Source: Camelus dromedarius
Lineage: Eukaryota
Reading direction: 5' to 3'
Length of the DNA: 64,000 bases
NCBI RefSeq assembly: GCF_036321535.1
Contig: NC_087436.1
Coordinates: 39,620,001 to 39,684,000 of the forward strand
Shown: positions 12,819 through 26,622 of the stretch, in pieces
How positions within the stretch are numbered: position 1 is the first letter of the stretch
Layout: every line of letters begins with the position of its first letter
Program-made: the position numbers and the translations under genes
Notes under the pieces: generated by a model
Told to the model about the DNA's origin: nothing
Database searches by the model: none
Seen by the model: the letters and a program-made list of their open reading frames with translations, nothing else

Positions 12819-15800
12819 ACAAAATATAAAATGATATAAAATGATACTTTGCTATATTCTCTATGTGCAACATGTCTAAAATGCAGTGATAATATAAAAA
12901 ATCTACTCAAAAGAACCTAAATTATTATTCTAATACCAAATTCAGAAAACCACATGTATTCTGGGCAAGAAAACTCTCTCTGATGTGCATAGTACTTTGG
13001 CCATGGAGGAGTTAATTAATCACAGCCACTTGCAGAGGTACCATTTACTGGTCTCCTCCAATCCAAGAACCCTAAGAACATAGATGTCTACTATCAAAGG
13101 TGGTCTGATTATTGAAAAGTGGTGCTTTATTTTTAAGTGTTCTAAAACTTTGTATATATTTAGGGTAATTTACAATTCCATGCATCAGTGATTATCTTTA
13201 AAGTAACACATTATTTTTTTCCAATTAAAAAAATTAAAGTCACAAATAAATCTACCTCTCAGGATAAATTAATATGATAAAAATCCATTCCATTTTAATC
13301 ACTAACTACTTATACTTATGTGTATATAGAGATATAGATGTATAAATAAGTGAAATTAGAGCTAGAAAGTAAAAATTAGAACTGTACCAATTATGATTAA
13401 AAATGCAGAGTTGTGAATTTTGCCTTTTTCATTTAACAGTATATCATGTGCTTTCTCCTGTCACACTAACCTTCCAAAACCAAAATTTTTAATGGATGCC
13501 GAATATTACATCAAATGGGTATAGTATAATTTATTTAACCATTATATTCTATTGTGGTACATTTAGATTGTTTACATTTTTTCATGTAGTATAAATACTG
13601 CTCTGCGTATCAACACATATTTATATAGCAATGAAATAGCCATTTCTGCAGGAGAAAATAATTCTGCTTACTCTTCAGCAAACAAAACAATTTTTGAGCA
13701 AATTTGAAAATGCTTGTGAAAGCATTAAAAGAGTACTAGTTAATATTAAGTATTAAGTATTAATATCCAATTAACATTATAAAAGAACTGTATTATGAGT
13801 ATAATTTAACATGAAAATTTGACTATTTCCAAAAGTATTTTTTCAAATTTGAATCTGTATGCTACCCCGTTAACTTAGTTTTTCAAGGCTTCATTCTACA
13901 AAGGCAAAAATACTTGTAAGCATTAGAATATCTAGTTGAAGGTTAAAAAAAAAAGGTCTAATTTAAAGAAACTGAGCTCTGAGAACTGAGCAAAATGGGA
14001 GATTTTATATGTCTTTGGGTTTTCTCTGACTTTCTTTAATGGAATGAATGTATCAATTAAAGTAAATTGAAAAGATAAAAGTTAAAAAAACAACTGCAAA
14101 AAAATTTGATGTGGAGATTCATGTTAGGACTTGTTATGTATGTGACATTCTGTGGGAAAACATCTGCTAATTTTTGTTTCTTATCTGGGCTTCCTAGATT
14201 ATATTTTGACCTATTTTATCTTCTGTAAGTTAACAAAAAGAGTTGGCAAGCCAAATTAAGGCTGGCTGGGAAAGAAATTTTAGTGTTAAGTGTAGTTTTT
14301 CAGCAGGAGGCAAAAATATAATATTTCAGCACAGAATTTTTAGAGTTAAATGTTTTCTTAGTCAAGGAAATACTAAGTATATATAATGTACATAGATTTA
14401 CTAAAGTAAATGAAAACAATTGGGCAGCTAATTATAAGCTCCTGTATCTATATATTTATCTACCTATCTCCGCCCCCCCCCCCCCCCGCAGGCGGCATCA
14501 GAGAAACTCATGGGTTTAGTATGAAGATCAAATGAGAAAATAGATACGTGGCCCTAAAACCTTTCTTAGCACACGTAAGTGGAATTTTAGCCCTAGGAAT
14601 GGAATCCTCCATCCCTTCCTCAGTCAACCATTAAAAACTCCTTACCATCCTGTCGCAAAATTCCATCTTCTATTTCTTACTGTTGCCCAGCTGGAGTAAA
14701 ATCAGGCATATGCCTAAACTTTTAAATGATATTTTCAAATTGAGCTTGACACTTTCGGAGTTGTCTAATCAGCACTGAGAATTCTGGACAAAAGATGAAG
14801 ATGTTCCAAGTAACTATATTACAGTAACTTTTACAGGGCTTTGTATTTCTTTCTAAGTGACCTAGTGAATTCTCTGTTCTCCAACTCAATGTTCATGTAT
14901 TTTATTGTTTGAATTATGTTAACAGGAAGGACAAAGGTTGTGTGAAAGCCAAGGAGAAAAGAATAACATAGTAATCTTGAATTATTTGGTACATACTTAA
15001 ACTGGTTCAGAGCATACATTATACATAACCTCTAAACTATACAGGTGAGAGATGGTTTTGCTAGAAAATTTGTTGAACTGAAATTGGCAAATAATGATAC
15101 ATGAGTGGGGAAATAGAAAACAAGTACTGTTCTCACTAACCATTCATTTGAAATTGTTATGCATATTCTATTTAGCTTATGGTCGCTATAGTCAAAATAC
15201 TACTGTACCTTTTTTAAAAGAATAGATAAACATAAAAAGTAATTCACAGTTCCTTACAATGCAGCACCTTTAGGAAACTATAAGCTTCATCTCATTCACT
15301 CAATTATACTGAAAAGGGTTTTTATGTGTTGCAATAAACATAATTTTAACACCTTAATAATTTATAAGACTTGCTTCTAGCAGCAAAGCAGAAAAGGAAG
15401 GAGAGGTACAGGAATCCATATGAGGGGACTGAGGCATCTCAACCCACCTATTTTTATTCCAGAGCAAATTAGGTTTATTTCAGCAGTTGCACAGTTATAT
15501 TGGAAACCCCTTAAGTAGCATATCTGTTCTGCTTAAGAATGGAAAGTGCTAAATACTTTTTAAAAAACACTGAAAAAATGTTCCCTAGCCAACCCCCCAC
15601 TACATAACAGTTTGAGTTATATGTTAATAAAATGTGCAATTGAAACTGGACTATAAATTCCGTGAGGTAGTGATTCTGTCCAGTTCACTTGTAATCCCTG
15701 AAGCCCAGCATGATGTCAGGAGCAGAAGGGCAAGTAGCTGTTTGTTGAATGGTGACATGAATGAATGTCTGATCTGACAGTGCAAAAAACTCTTAAAGAC

Positions 15801-15963
15801 TTGACACTAATATTGTGGAACATTCTTTTGCTATTTTATTTTCATAAACTGTTTTGAATCTTGATGAATTAATTCAACATATTTCATACTCAAAAAGGTA
15901 ATTATAAAGCATTTTCTTTTCAAATTATTTGTAAAAGTGCTAAAGTGAAAGCATTCCCTATTT

Positions 15964-16132
15964 CAGTGCTTCTCAAACTTCTATGTATATGAAGATCATC
16001 TGAGAGCTTAATAAAATGCAGATTCCTGGGTTTTAACCCAGAGATTCTGAACAGTAGTCCTGGAGCAGGGCTAAAGCATCCCAGGTGATTTTGATGACAG
16101 GTGACATCATACCACACTCTTAAGAATCACTG
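15964..16132. mobile_element. MER5A-like hAT-Charlie MITE
   Basis: Terminal cagtgcttctca...aagaatcactg inverted ends, internal aaaatgcagattcctggg, and an 8-bp imperfect TSD ccctattt/tcctattc. Confidence 0.8.
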
Positions 16133-16667
16133 TCCTATTCCTTGATTTCAAATAGTTCAATGCAGTTTCTCATTTATTTATTTATAGGCATGCTTTTCTT
16201 TGAGAATATGAAATCTTTGATGCCTACTCTATAGCACAATTCTTGGTACACAGTAGGCATTCAGCTAATCAATGATTTTATGAGCCACATAAGTAATGGG
16301 TACTGTGAATTCTAAAATCAGAAATATTCTAGAAAAAAACAGAACATGTAGGTTCATCCAGAATTCAGTTTAGGTCCTAGTAACTATGTTGGCCCCAAAG
16401 CACTCCATCACAGCTAGAGTAATCTGGGTTAGAAATTATACAACATAGATTGTAGCCTCTAAAGTTTTTATTTTACGTCTTTATCAATTTTATCTTCTGT
16501 AGTTTTTCTAATAAAAATTCCTCTCAGCTGGGTTGGATGAACCCAGCTAATCAGGCTGCCACTTTAGGTAAAGGGTGGTAACCTAGGGTAACCTGCTCCA
16601 GCCTAGGGAAGATAAGGTGTGAGGAGGCAAGTGCTAATAGAGGATAGAGATGTCTTTTAAGAATCAC

Positions 16668-17262
16668 ATTGTCATGGGACTGTAAGATGGTTCAGCTGCT
16701 ATGGAAAACAGTTTGGCCATTCCTCGAAAAGTTAAATATAAAATTATCATATGACTCAGCAATTACACTCCTAATTTTATACTCAAAAGAATTAAAAACA
16801 GGTGTTCAGACAAATATGTCTTCACACACAGCAGTACTATTCCCCACAGCCAAAAGGTAGAAACAACCCAGGGTCCATCAGTGGATGGACAGATAAACAA
16901 ACTGCAGTTCATATATATACAATGGAATATTATTCATCCATAAAAAGGAATAATGTGCTGATACAAGCTACAATGTAAGTGAATCTTGAAAATATAATGC
17001 TAAGTGAAGGAAGCCAGACACAAAAGGTCACATACTATATGATTCCATTTACATGAAGTATCCAGAATAGGTAAATCTATAGAGGCAGAAGGTAAACTGG
17101 TGTTCCCAGGAGTAGGTAGGGGGAAACTAGGCATAACTGCTGAATGGGTATGGGGTTTCCTTTTGGGGTGATGAAAATGTTTTATATGGGGGTTATACAA
17201 CACTGTGAATGTACTAAATGACACTGAAATGTTTATTTTAGAATGGTTAATTTTCCAAGAGA
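16668..17262 (+). mobile_element. L1MB-like 3' end
   Basis: ORF2 C-terminal remnant (WDCKMVQLLWKTVW) followed by an L1MB-type 3' UTR (ggggtgatgaaaatgtt...). Confidence 0.85.
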
Positions 17263-18479
17263 GTAGATATAACCTTTGTCTTTACAGTGGTAGATCTGCA
17301 GTGCTTGGCACATAGTAGGCTCCCAATAGCTACTTGTTGAAAGAATAAATGAATGGATGGTAATGCCACAATAATTTCCAACCAGAAGAGGAGATAATAA
17401 CATTTGACTGAAAAATTTTGCAGGACAATTAAAGAGTAAATAGGGGGATGGTTTCCATGGAGAGGACATATTAAGGGTGCTCCATTACAAGAGGCACATT
17501 TTTAATCATGCTGCACAAAGTGGGTAGATCATCAACATTGGATGAGAGCCCTTGCTTTGGTAGGGGTAAGTAGTGCTCACACAAACCTGTGGGTTCTTCA
17601 GGTAATGAGGGCTGGGTTTGGTGGAATGAAGAACATTTCAGGGTGGCTTTAGATCAGATCATAGAACCTGTTTGGGATGGACTGAAATGCTTTTATATAT
17701 ATATATAAATTTTTTTAAAATGAAAGTTGGGGTAAAGGCACAAGTGTATACTTAGCAACTTAGTCCACTAGAGCCTAATTATAAATGCATAAAAAAGAAA
17801 AATGCCTGTGAAATCAAAACAACTGTCAGTATTAACATTATTGAACTTATTCTTTAATGAAGTGTTTTATGTGCTCATTTGGAATCACTTTATTTTACAT
17901 TATAGGTCTTAATAAGCTTTGGGATATGGTTTCCAAGAATATAGCAGATAAGATAAATTCTGAGTCTACAGAAACTAACAAGGAAAGATGCTAAAGGACT
18001 GAATGGAAGAGTTAGGCAGAAAAAGTATAAATCACCACAAAAACTAAATACATAAACATATTAGACTGGAGGATGGCCTGACACATCTCCACAGCCTCTG
18101 AGGCTTCACTGCATTAGAATCCAATCACCGATCAATAAAAATGAGCATGATAGAGTTGAAAAAGAAAAGTTGTGCCATCAAACTCATAAGTCAACTTATT
18201 AATTCAATATACGTTCACTGAGTGCCTACTATGTGTCCAGTGCTGTGTTAGTGGCTGCGATAGTCAAATTAGACCCACCACTCCTACATAGGATATTTTA
18301 AGGAGAAAATGAGATAATATCTGAGAAGAGTCTTTTTACCCTGTAAAGTAACAAACAATGTAAAAAATATTAATATTGTCTAAAATAAGTTTTCTGGAAA
18401 AATGGTTTATATTTTTAAAGTAAAATGCGATTCCTGAATGACTTATCCATGAGTCAAGAAATTTCAGGCATCAACTCAT

Positions 18480-18915
18480 TCTTCTCAGCCAGGTTTTCTG
18501 ATTGTGAGGGGAACACTCCCAGCTTCCTTCTGCTTCTGGGCCTTTCCTCTTGCTGTTCCTTTTTTCTTCCCCATATAGTCACATCGTTGATTCACATTTC
18601 TTTTATGTCTCTGCTCAAATATTACCTTATCAGAGAGGCTTCCCCTGACCATCCTTATAAACTTGGCAACAACACAACTCCGCCCCCCGCCCCCGAGGCC
18701 CAGGCTTTCCTATTTCCGTTGTCCTACGTTACTTTCTCCACAGCGCTGTCAGTGTCTAGTATGTTTTATGTGCATACTCATTTATTGTTGTCTACTCCCA
18801 CCAAGCATAAGGAACACGAGAGCAAGGGCTTTGCCTGTTCATTCACTGAAGACTGCCCGCTGCCTGGCGTGTGGCAGGCACTCATAAATACTTGGTGAGT
18901 AAATAAATGAATGAG
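18480..18915 (+). mobile_element. L2 3' end
   Basis: tgcctggcgtgtggcaggcactcataaatacttggtgagtaaataaatgaatga terminus. Confidence 0.7.
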
Positions 18916-21900
18916 TGGATGCTACTGAACTGAAATTTGAGCTGAAGCTGAAGTGAAATTCTAGAGCCAAAAAAGGAACTATAATCGAAGGAAAAAAATT
19001 ATTTGGACCAGTCCAGCTTCTCTGAAACAGCAGTAAAAGCAAAAAGGATCGAGGCTTTAAAGATGGAAAGAGAGAGAAGGCCAGCTGACTTAGAGAGACC
19101 AGAAATAGAAACGGCCTAACATCCGACAAAGACTTCAAGCCAAGTCAAGCTACCAGAATAACTTACTGTGACTTTCTTACAACATTCTAATTGGGAGGCT
19201 ATTCGGAAGGATAATAGTGTGTGGTTTCTGGAGGAAGACTCCTGGGCTTGAATCCCAGCTGCAAGGTACTCTGAGTAACTTTTCACTTTGACAAGTGCCT
19301 TTCCTGAGCCTCAGCTTTCTTATTTTGAAAAAAAAAAATGTGTGACAATACCTACCTCATAGGATTGTCTAAGTTTTGGATGATGTGATATGTGTAAAGA
19401 GCAGTGCCTGGAACATGATGACACAATAAAATGCTGGGTCCCTTGCTTGTGGCCAAACTAAGGATGCATCATGAATAATGATAAACACAGAGTAGAATCA
19501 CAGAATATGAAGCTGGAAGAGATTTAAGAGACTGCCAAACCCAGTATTTTTAAAACTGTGGCACTGAAGAATCTATCTTTGAACAGGAGGATAAACACAT
19601 TACTGCCAACCCCTCATACTCCTTGGACTTTGCTCTATAGATTGACGTTTCTTACAAAAAAAGGCATGTCTTTGGAGTCTTATCCTGTATCTGAAAAATT
19701 TCATCACCAGTTAAGTGATAAAACCAAACCAAACCAAGAAAAATTCATTTTTGTTACATTTGCAAAATATAATTCTACTCATTTATGTTATTTTAATTTT
19801 ATCTTTTCATAGCTGATCCAATCAGACCGTCTCATAAACCTGTTCTACCTCATAAATCCTAGAATTTGGACCTGGAGTTATTTTATACTAAAAAAGCCTC
19901 TTTTAATGCTGGGATTAGTTCACAAGACTGAAAATTACTTACGTCTGATTAATTTACTAAGGGGAAGTACTTCTTCCTTTCCTGACTTTTTTTCCTTCCT
20001 TTTGAGTGAATAAAATTACGAAAAGTTACAGGTTTCAAATAAATCGTTAAGATCAAAGTCAGAAATAGTTTTAGCAGACTTCAGCATCAGGTTTTATAAT
20101 ACTTATTTGTTAATGAAAAAAAATAGTGGCTTGTTAGTAATACTTTCCCAGCCTTGGATGATTTCAAGTTTTTGTATTCGGTGAATGTTAGCTTGCTTCC
20201 CCTTCACAATTAGATGCCTTAGGACCAGCCTAGAAAACAAAAACAAAAAAACCTATATTCTATTTTGACCATTGCTTTAGTAACTGCAGATAGCTCTAAA
20301 AATCTGATTTCATCACAACTCTGAATAGTTATTAATTTGATAAGGACTGATTTAAAATACTATTTCCAATTCTCTCATTGCTATTATTTTTATTCTCCGT
20401 TAAAAAATTTTTTTACCACTGGAGATGCCTGTCATTTCTGTGATTTGACTGGTACTTTCATAGAAAACCCAAGTGGTGACTAAGGTTTTATTGTCAACTG
20501 TTCAACTTATTTTCAACTTCACTCAGAATAAGGGTGGGAATTGAAACCAAAGAAAGAAAGTGATGTAATATTGTAACTTTCCTCTAACATCCCTGATATG
20601 GTGAGTTTCCATATATATATATATATATTTCCTTATATATATAACCTGTGATAATATCTCACAGGTTGTACTTGGGGAAGCCTATTCTAGTTGAGAACTG
20701 TTAAGGTTGTCTCCCTTTTGCATTAAAATCTAGGCTTTCAAACTTGGAATTCTCTCTCCTCCGAGAAGTGAGGTAAGCCTGAATTTGGCCATAAGTGTGC
20801 ACACTTCTGTCGTCATCTGTGTGCTGTCCTTTGTACCATAGACAGAAAGCCTGATATGCAGACTGAAAAGAATCTTTAAAAAGCAGTCATGCTCGGTGCA
20901 CTGATTTATGCTTTTCAGAGATACCTTCAACCCCTTACCCCCAACCCCACCCAAACAGTCCAAGTATGAACACCGGAGAAGGTCTGGGTTGGCAGCCAAA
21001 GCTCCAGTTCTAATAGGTAGTGGTGATCTGTGTTACATACTGAATTCCTAGGATAGTCTGGACCTGATTACAGCTTCTCATGGCTGAGAGAAATCTTACC
21101 ACCCTGAGATATCATGGCAGGGTGTCTGGACAACCTCAATGGGATTTTCTTTGAGGTTCCATGAACTTGTGAATGTGTGGGTGAGGGGCTGATGAGAAAG
21201 AAAGGAAGAGTATATGCAACACATGGGGCCTTCTGGGATTCTCTATCAGCTAGAAAGAGTTATGACTTTCCCAGCCTTTCTAGTGACCTTCACAACTGCA
21301 GCCAGCTCAGGGGTCCTACAGCCACCCCCGAGAAAAGTCAAGAGCTACAGAGGAGCCAACAGAAAGGAGTGACCTGGCACTCCATGTGTGCACATGTGCT
21401 TCCATGGAGCACTATATTTTGTGCCAGCAAGAGAATGATGACTGAGGATACTAGAGTGCTGCAATTCTGACTTTGAGATAAAAAGAATGTAACTTTACCT
21501 TCATATTATAGCTTATAATTCTCAAAAAAACTTTCACATATCATCTCATCTGATCTTTACAACAACTCAAGAGAGTCAGGGTAAGCACTTACTGCCACTT
21601 TACATTTAAGGAAAGTGAAGCTCAGATACGTTGTTAAGTGACTTGCTTAAATCCACATAGTAAATAAGAGGCAGGATGGGGGATTTAAACCCATCTATCC
21701 ATATGGTATAAGCTGTCTTGTCTAGAAACAAGAAAACTAAAAATATCATGACTAATATACTTTCCAAGTGTAACATCTTATACAGACAAGTCTTTCAATT
21801 TTTTTAAGACTATGAAACAGACTTTCTTGTCACAAACTATGTCTTTTAAATCTTTCCATACTAATATTTTTGTAATGCTGTGGAAATATAATGTGTTTTG

Positions 21901-23211
21901 TTTGTATGTTTATTTATTGATCTGTATTCTCTCCTTGTATTCATATGTTCTTTTTCTGTGTGTGTGTGTTTATGTATATAATTTTTCTTGAGTATGAATT
22001 AGCCTGTCATTTATGTATCACAAAAAAAGCATTTAAGGTTGAAGAAGCTTAGACCAAACTGACAAAAGTATAGCAGTTAAAAGTTCACTCATTCGTAGTA
22101 TGGAGTATATAGATTAAAGACTGATATCCTGAGAGTTAAGGTCTTAAAAGTGCTCTATTGTGATTTTCCACAAGCAACAATGGCTTTCACGTTGACACTG
22201 CATGTGATTTTCTGTCCTTAGGCTGAGCTGGTAGGCAGATTGCTTTTATGTAATTCCCGTGAAGCTGGCAGGAGGTGACTCATATACATAAATGCCTCTT
22301 TCAATCAGGAAGAGAGTGTCAGAGGGCCGGTGGGTGGTGTCTGAATGACTAAATTTTAAGATTAGGGTACTGAAAAAAATCTCCTAAAGTGAGGGTTTCT
22401 AGGGGGATGCACATGTGAGAATCTGGATCACATCAATGAATCAAAGGAAACTTTGATAAGATTTTATTACATTGTTGAATATCAGTCTTAACTTCATAAC
22501 TCAATGTAAAGAGAAATTTCTTCAACTACTCGTAACTGAAAACAGCCCAGATAGTTTAAATAAGCTCTTGGAATGAAACTTGATTCCAAGATGCTCAAAT
22601 TGAAATATTAAGTACACTGTATGAAAGGGACAGAGGAGTTATGGGAGTTATGGGTATAAAGTTATGAGGAAGTTACAGAAATGTTTGGAAATAGCCAGGT
22701 TGGAGGAGGAGCATGTTCCCGAGAAAATGAAGTGCCAACTTACTATCTCATTCAAGTAAAATAAAACTTTCCTCCAAATGGTAGTGGCATGGAACAGAAT
22801 AAAAATTTCTGCTGAAATCCTTGAAAGGATTTCAGATAAATGCAAAGTAACAATATGGCCAAGTATCTAGCTAGTCCATAATAGCTGATGCTCTCAGGAA
22901 ATGCTCAGTGGAACAGAGAAAAGCCAATACAGTAATTGAACTCCTAGGGAAAGCCGAACAGGTTGACAGAGTGAAATTTCATTTCATGGCTTTGTGTGTT
23001 CTGGTTTTCTCACAAGGCCATGTTATATATCTGTTGTTTTTTTCCTCTAAAAAGTTTATTTTAACGGGGGCAGAGCAAAAAAATCCAAGCGGGGACCATG
23101 TATGAAGTTGTTAATAAAAACAAGAGTGCTCATCGTGAGCAAGGGTAGGAGCCTGGATTCAACAATGTTATCAACAAAAGACTGCAATGTTTTTTTTTAA
23201 AAAAAAGTTAT

Positions 23212-23300
23212 TTTTTATTTTTAATGAAGGTACTGGGGATTGAACCTAGGACCTCCTGCATGCTAAAAGCACGTGCTCTACCCTGCTATTCCCTCCACCC
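23212..23300 (-). mobile_element. tRNA-derived SINE (camelid Vic-1-like)
   Basis: Reverse complement of the 42672 copy (ggtactggggattgaacctaggacctcctgcatgcta), with B-box and A-rich tail. Confidence 0.8.
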
Positions 23301-23427
23301 TGCTATTTTTTTTTAAACTCATTTATCTCCATATATTGTGTTGGCTGATTGGTTTTCCAATACTGTTATAACATCAGTTTATTATTTTCAGGGACTGTCT
23401 GATTACTTTCAATTACAGCACCAGAAC

Positions 23428-23515
23428 ATTTTCCCCTTCCATATCTGTTTAAGATTATATACATGAATTCTATTTTTCCCTTCCATATCTGTTTAAGATT
23501 ATATACATGAATTCT
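23428..23515. repeat. 44-bp tandem duplication (2 copies, 1 mismatch)
   Basis: attttccccttccatatctgtttaagattatatacatgaattct / atttttcccttccatatctgtttaagattatatacatgaattct. Confidence 0.95.
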
Positions 23516-24000
23516 AAATGCCTTCAGGCAGTTCTGGGACTGTTGTCTAAACTCTTCTATCAGACTTTTAAAAATTTTATTTTGGGGTTTTCTTGATGGG
23601 ATGAATTTCTGAGAGAGCTAGGAGCATTATTTCTGAAGACTTCTGATATGGTCCACTACTGTCAGTGAAGATTTCAGAAAATACAGAATCTTAATTCTGC
23701 TGCAAATCTATAGCTAATTTTATTCCATGGTTAAGAAGCAATCATTACTTCCCCCAGCCTGATTTTTCTATGAGTTGCTCTGAAAGATGTGCAATTGATT
23801 TTCTGTGCAGAGTTGCTAAGAAAGAAAATTCCTATGGAACTGTTAAAAAGGCATATTTTCACCTTTGTTTCAGTGTAGCATTAAGAGTCTGTCTTTTAAA
23901 GTTACAAATGAGTTTGTATGATTTACCTGAATGAGGGTTTTATTGTTATTGCAGGGTTTTTTTAATTTACTTTTATAATGTCTGTTTAATATTGGCTCTT

Positions 24001-24345
24001 TAAAAAAAAAACAAAGACAAATGAACTTATTTACAAAACAGAAGCAGACTCACAGATATAGAGAACAAACTTATGGTTGGTTACCAGGAAGGAAAGGGGG
24101 TGGGAAGGGATACACTGGGAGTTCATGATTTGCAGATACTAACTATTATATATAAAATAGATAAACAACAAGTTTATACTGTATAGCAGAGGGAACTATA
24201 TTCAATACCTTGTAGTAACCTATAATGAAAAAAATATGAAAATGAATATATGTATGTATATGTATGACTGAACTATTATGCTGTACACCAGAAATTGACA
24301 CAACATTGTAAACTGACTATACTTCAATTAAAAAAAATAAAGTGT
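24001..24345 (+). mobile_element. Young L1 3' UTR fragment
   Basis: Highly similar to 25205-25545 and to the reverse complement of 2222-2550. Poly(A) tail. Confidence 0.9.
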
Positions 24346-24862
24346 ATTAAAGCAAACAAAAAACCCCGAACATACTACAGGAGTTATATGCTTGCATTTC
24401 TCAGAGATCTCACACTGTCATTAAGGTTCCTGAGAAAGAGCTGAAAATCACCAAAACCAGGAATTGTATTCAAAAAGAGTGAGAAAAACCATGCTGATTG
24501 AGCTATGGATCTAGCAATAGGCTGTGGTATAAAAAGTGGCATTTGGGGACAAGTATGGCTCAGATCTAGCAGGTTGTATATATTATTGTCCCAAAAGATA
24601 GGGAGATAGTAGAGGGAAGAAAGATTGAATGGTTAGAAATCAAAAAGGCACAGAGTCAGACTAGAGTCAGACAGGGTTTGACTCCTGTTCCATTTACAAG
24701 CTGTACTATGTTAGTAATGTCTGAGTCTCAGTCTCCTCTTTTGTAAAGTGATGCCTTCTTTCTGAGAATGCTATGAAGAATGACCGAAATAATACATAGA
24801 AGCACTAGATCAAATGATCAACGTAAAACCCACAACAGGCCTTCAAAAATGTTACTTCCTTT

Positions 24863-25577
24863 AAACAGTATGGAGATTCCTCAGAAGACTAAAAATAGAC
24901 TTACCATATGATCCAGCAATCCCACTCCTGGGCATATATCCAGAGGCAGCCTTAATTCAAAAAGGCATCTGCACCCCAATGTTTATAGCAGCACTATTTA
25001 CAATAGCCAAGACATGGAAACAACCTAAATGTCCATCGACAGATGACTGGATAAAGAAGTTGTGGTATATTAATACAATGGAATACTTCTCAGCCACAAA
25101 AAAGAATAAAATAATGCCATTTGCAGCAACATGGATGGATCATTCCAAGTGAAGTAAGCCAGAAAGAGAAAGAAAAATACCATATGATATCACTCATACG
25201 TGGAATCTAAAACAACAACAAAGACAAATGAACTTATTTAAAACAGAAGCAGACTCACAGACATAGAAAACAAACTTATGGTTACTAGTGGGGAAGGGTG
25301 TGGGAAGGGATAAATTGGGAGTTCGAGATTTGCAGATACTGACTGGCATATATAAGATAAACAAGTTTATACTGTATAGCACAAGGTACTGTATTTGATA
25401 TCTTGTAGTAGCTTGCAGTGAAAAAAATATGAAAATGAATATGTGTATATTCATGTATGACTGAAGCATTGTGCTATACACCAGAAATTGACACAACATT
25501 GTAAACTGACTATACTTCAATTTAAAAAAGTAAAAAAATAAAATAAAATATATCACAGGGAAAACAAACAAACAAAC
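24863..25577 (+). mobile_element. Young 5'-truncated L1 with TSD
   Basis: ORF2 C-terminus + 3' UTR + A-rich tail. TSD ttacttccttt at 24852-24862 and 25578-25588. Confidence 0.92.
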
Positions 25578-26107
25578 TTACTTCCTTTTATCTCTGCCCA
25601 TTCCCGACAAATGCTTCTACAGCAACAAAAGGCAAGTGAGCCCTCCCAAGGTATATTTGGAATTGGGTCTAATGGTGTCAGTTTAGTGAAGGTGGTATCT
25701 TAAGTACCTCTCATCAAACTGTACTTATAGCCAGTTCTAATTAATGCTAACATATCTGGGCAATGGACACTCAGTGTTTACTAGGTTCTGTACTAAGGAT
25801 GGACCATCTCATTTAACCTCACTGTTGTGGATTATCTCACTTATTCTATTCAACAGGTAGATACTATTTATTATTTAATTCATTATACAGATCAGGAAAC
25901 TGAGGCACACAAAGTTTAAGTAAATTGAGCAGAAGTTAAAAACTGAATTTTGATTCAGTTAGAAAAAGGAGTATGGGATATTCCTTTGCAAGAGGGCCAT
26001 GTGATTTGGGGATTTTATGATAGCACTAAATCCAAATTAACTTTAAAAGCATGTATTGAAAACATTAATAAAATGTAGCACAAGTCCATGGAGAAAAGCT
26101 TGGGCGG

Positions 26108-26622
26108 TGTTGGGAAACAATTCTCCATGGTATTCTGGCATTCCTGCATGTCTTGTGAGCAGAGGCACTGACTGCCTTTGCTTGGAACTGTCTTTTTAAG
26201 GATGTTTATTGAGCAGACAGCCTTGCAAGATAGAGTTAGCATCTTCTTTCAGAGCAAAGGGCAAGTTTGCTTACTTCCCAGTATAAACAAGACCATGTCT
26301 ACCTCCAGGGCAAAGGTCATGTAGGATTACTGCCCATTATGAAAGATTCGGGTTCTCCAACATTAGGATTCCTCCATGATGCAACCCACTGCATGTGTGG
26401 GTATCAATCATTCAGACCTCTTCACATCACCCTGCAGCAGCTGGGACTTGGAGAATAAGCTCAAATGTGAATACTCAGGCTACTGCTATTTCTGTGAGTG
26501 ATAAAATACTTTCTCTTTGACTCAGGACTCTTGTCCTTTCTGTCAGCATCCATGAAACTGTGGCAGGCTGACTTTTTGGCTTACAAATAGGATGAAATCT
26601 CAGACCCTTCCCAATTCTTAAC
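26108..26622 (+). mobile_element. Solo ERV LTR (MER89-like)
   Basis: Starts tgttgggaaacaattctccatgg and has an internal agcaaagggc/gggcaaagg repeat. Family name recalled from memory. Confidence 0.65.

Noticed and set aside
16526..16548. 9-bp perfect hairpin agctgggtt-ggatg-aacccagct
   Set aside because: Short enough to occur by chance in 64 kb, with no supporting context.
18425..18898. 157-aa ORF and similar ORFs at 53579-53956 and 55018-55771
   Set aside because: They overlap decayed L2/MIR sequence and show no protein-family features or supporting exon structure.
23428..23515. CRISPR-like direct repeat
   Set aside because: Only two abutting copies with no spacer, in mammalian DNA.
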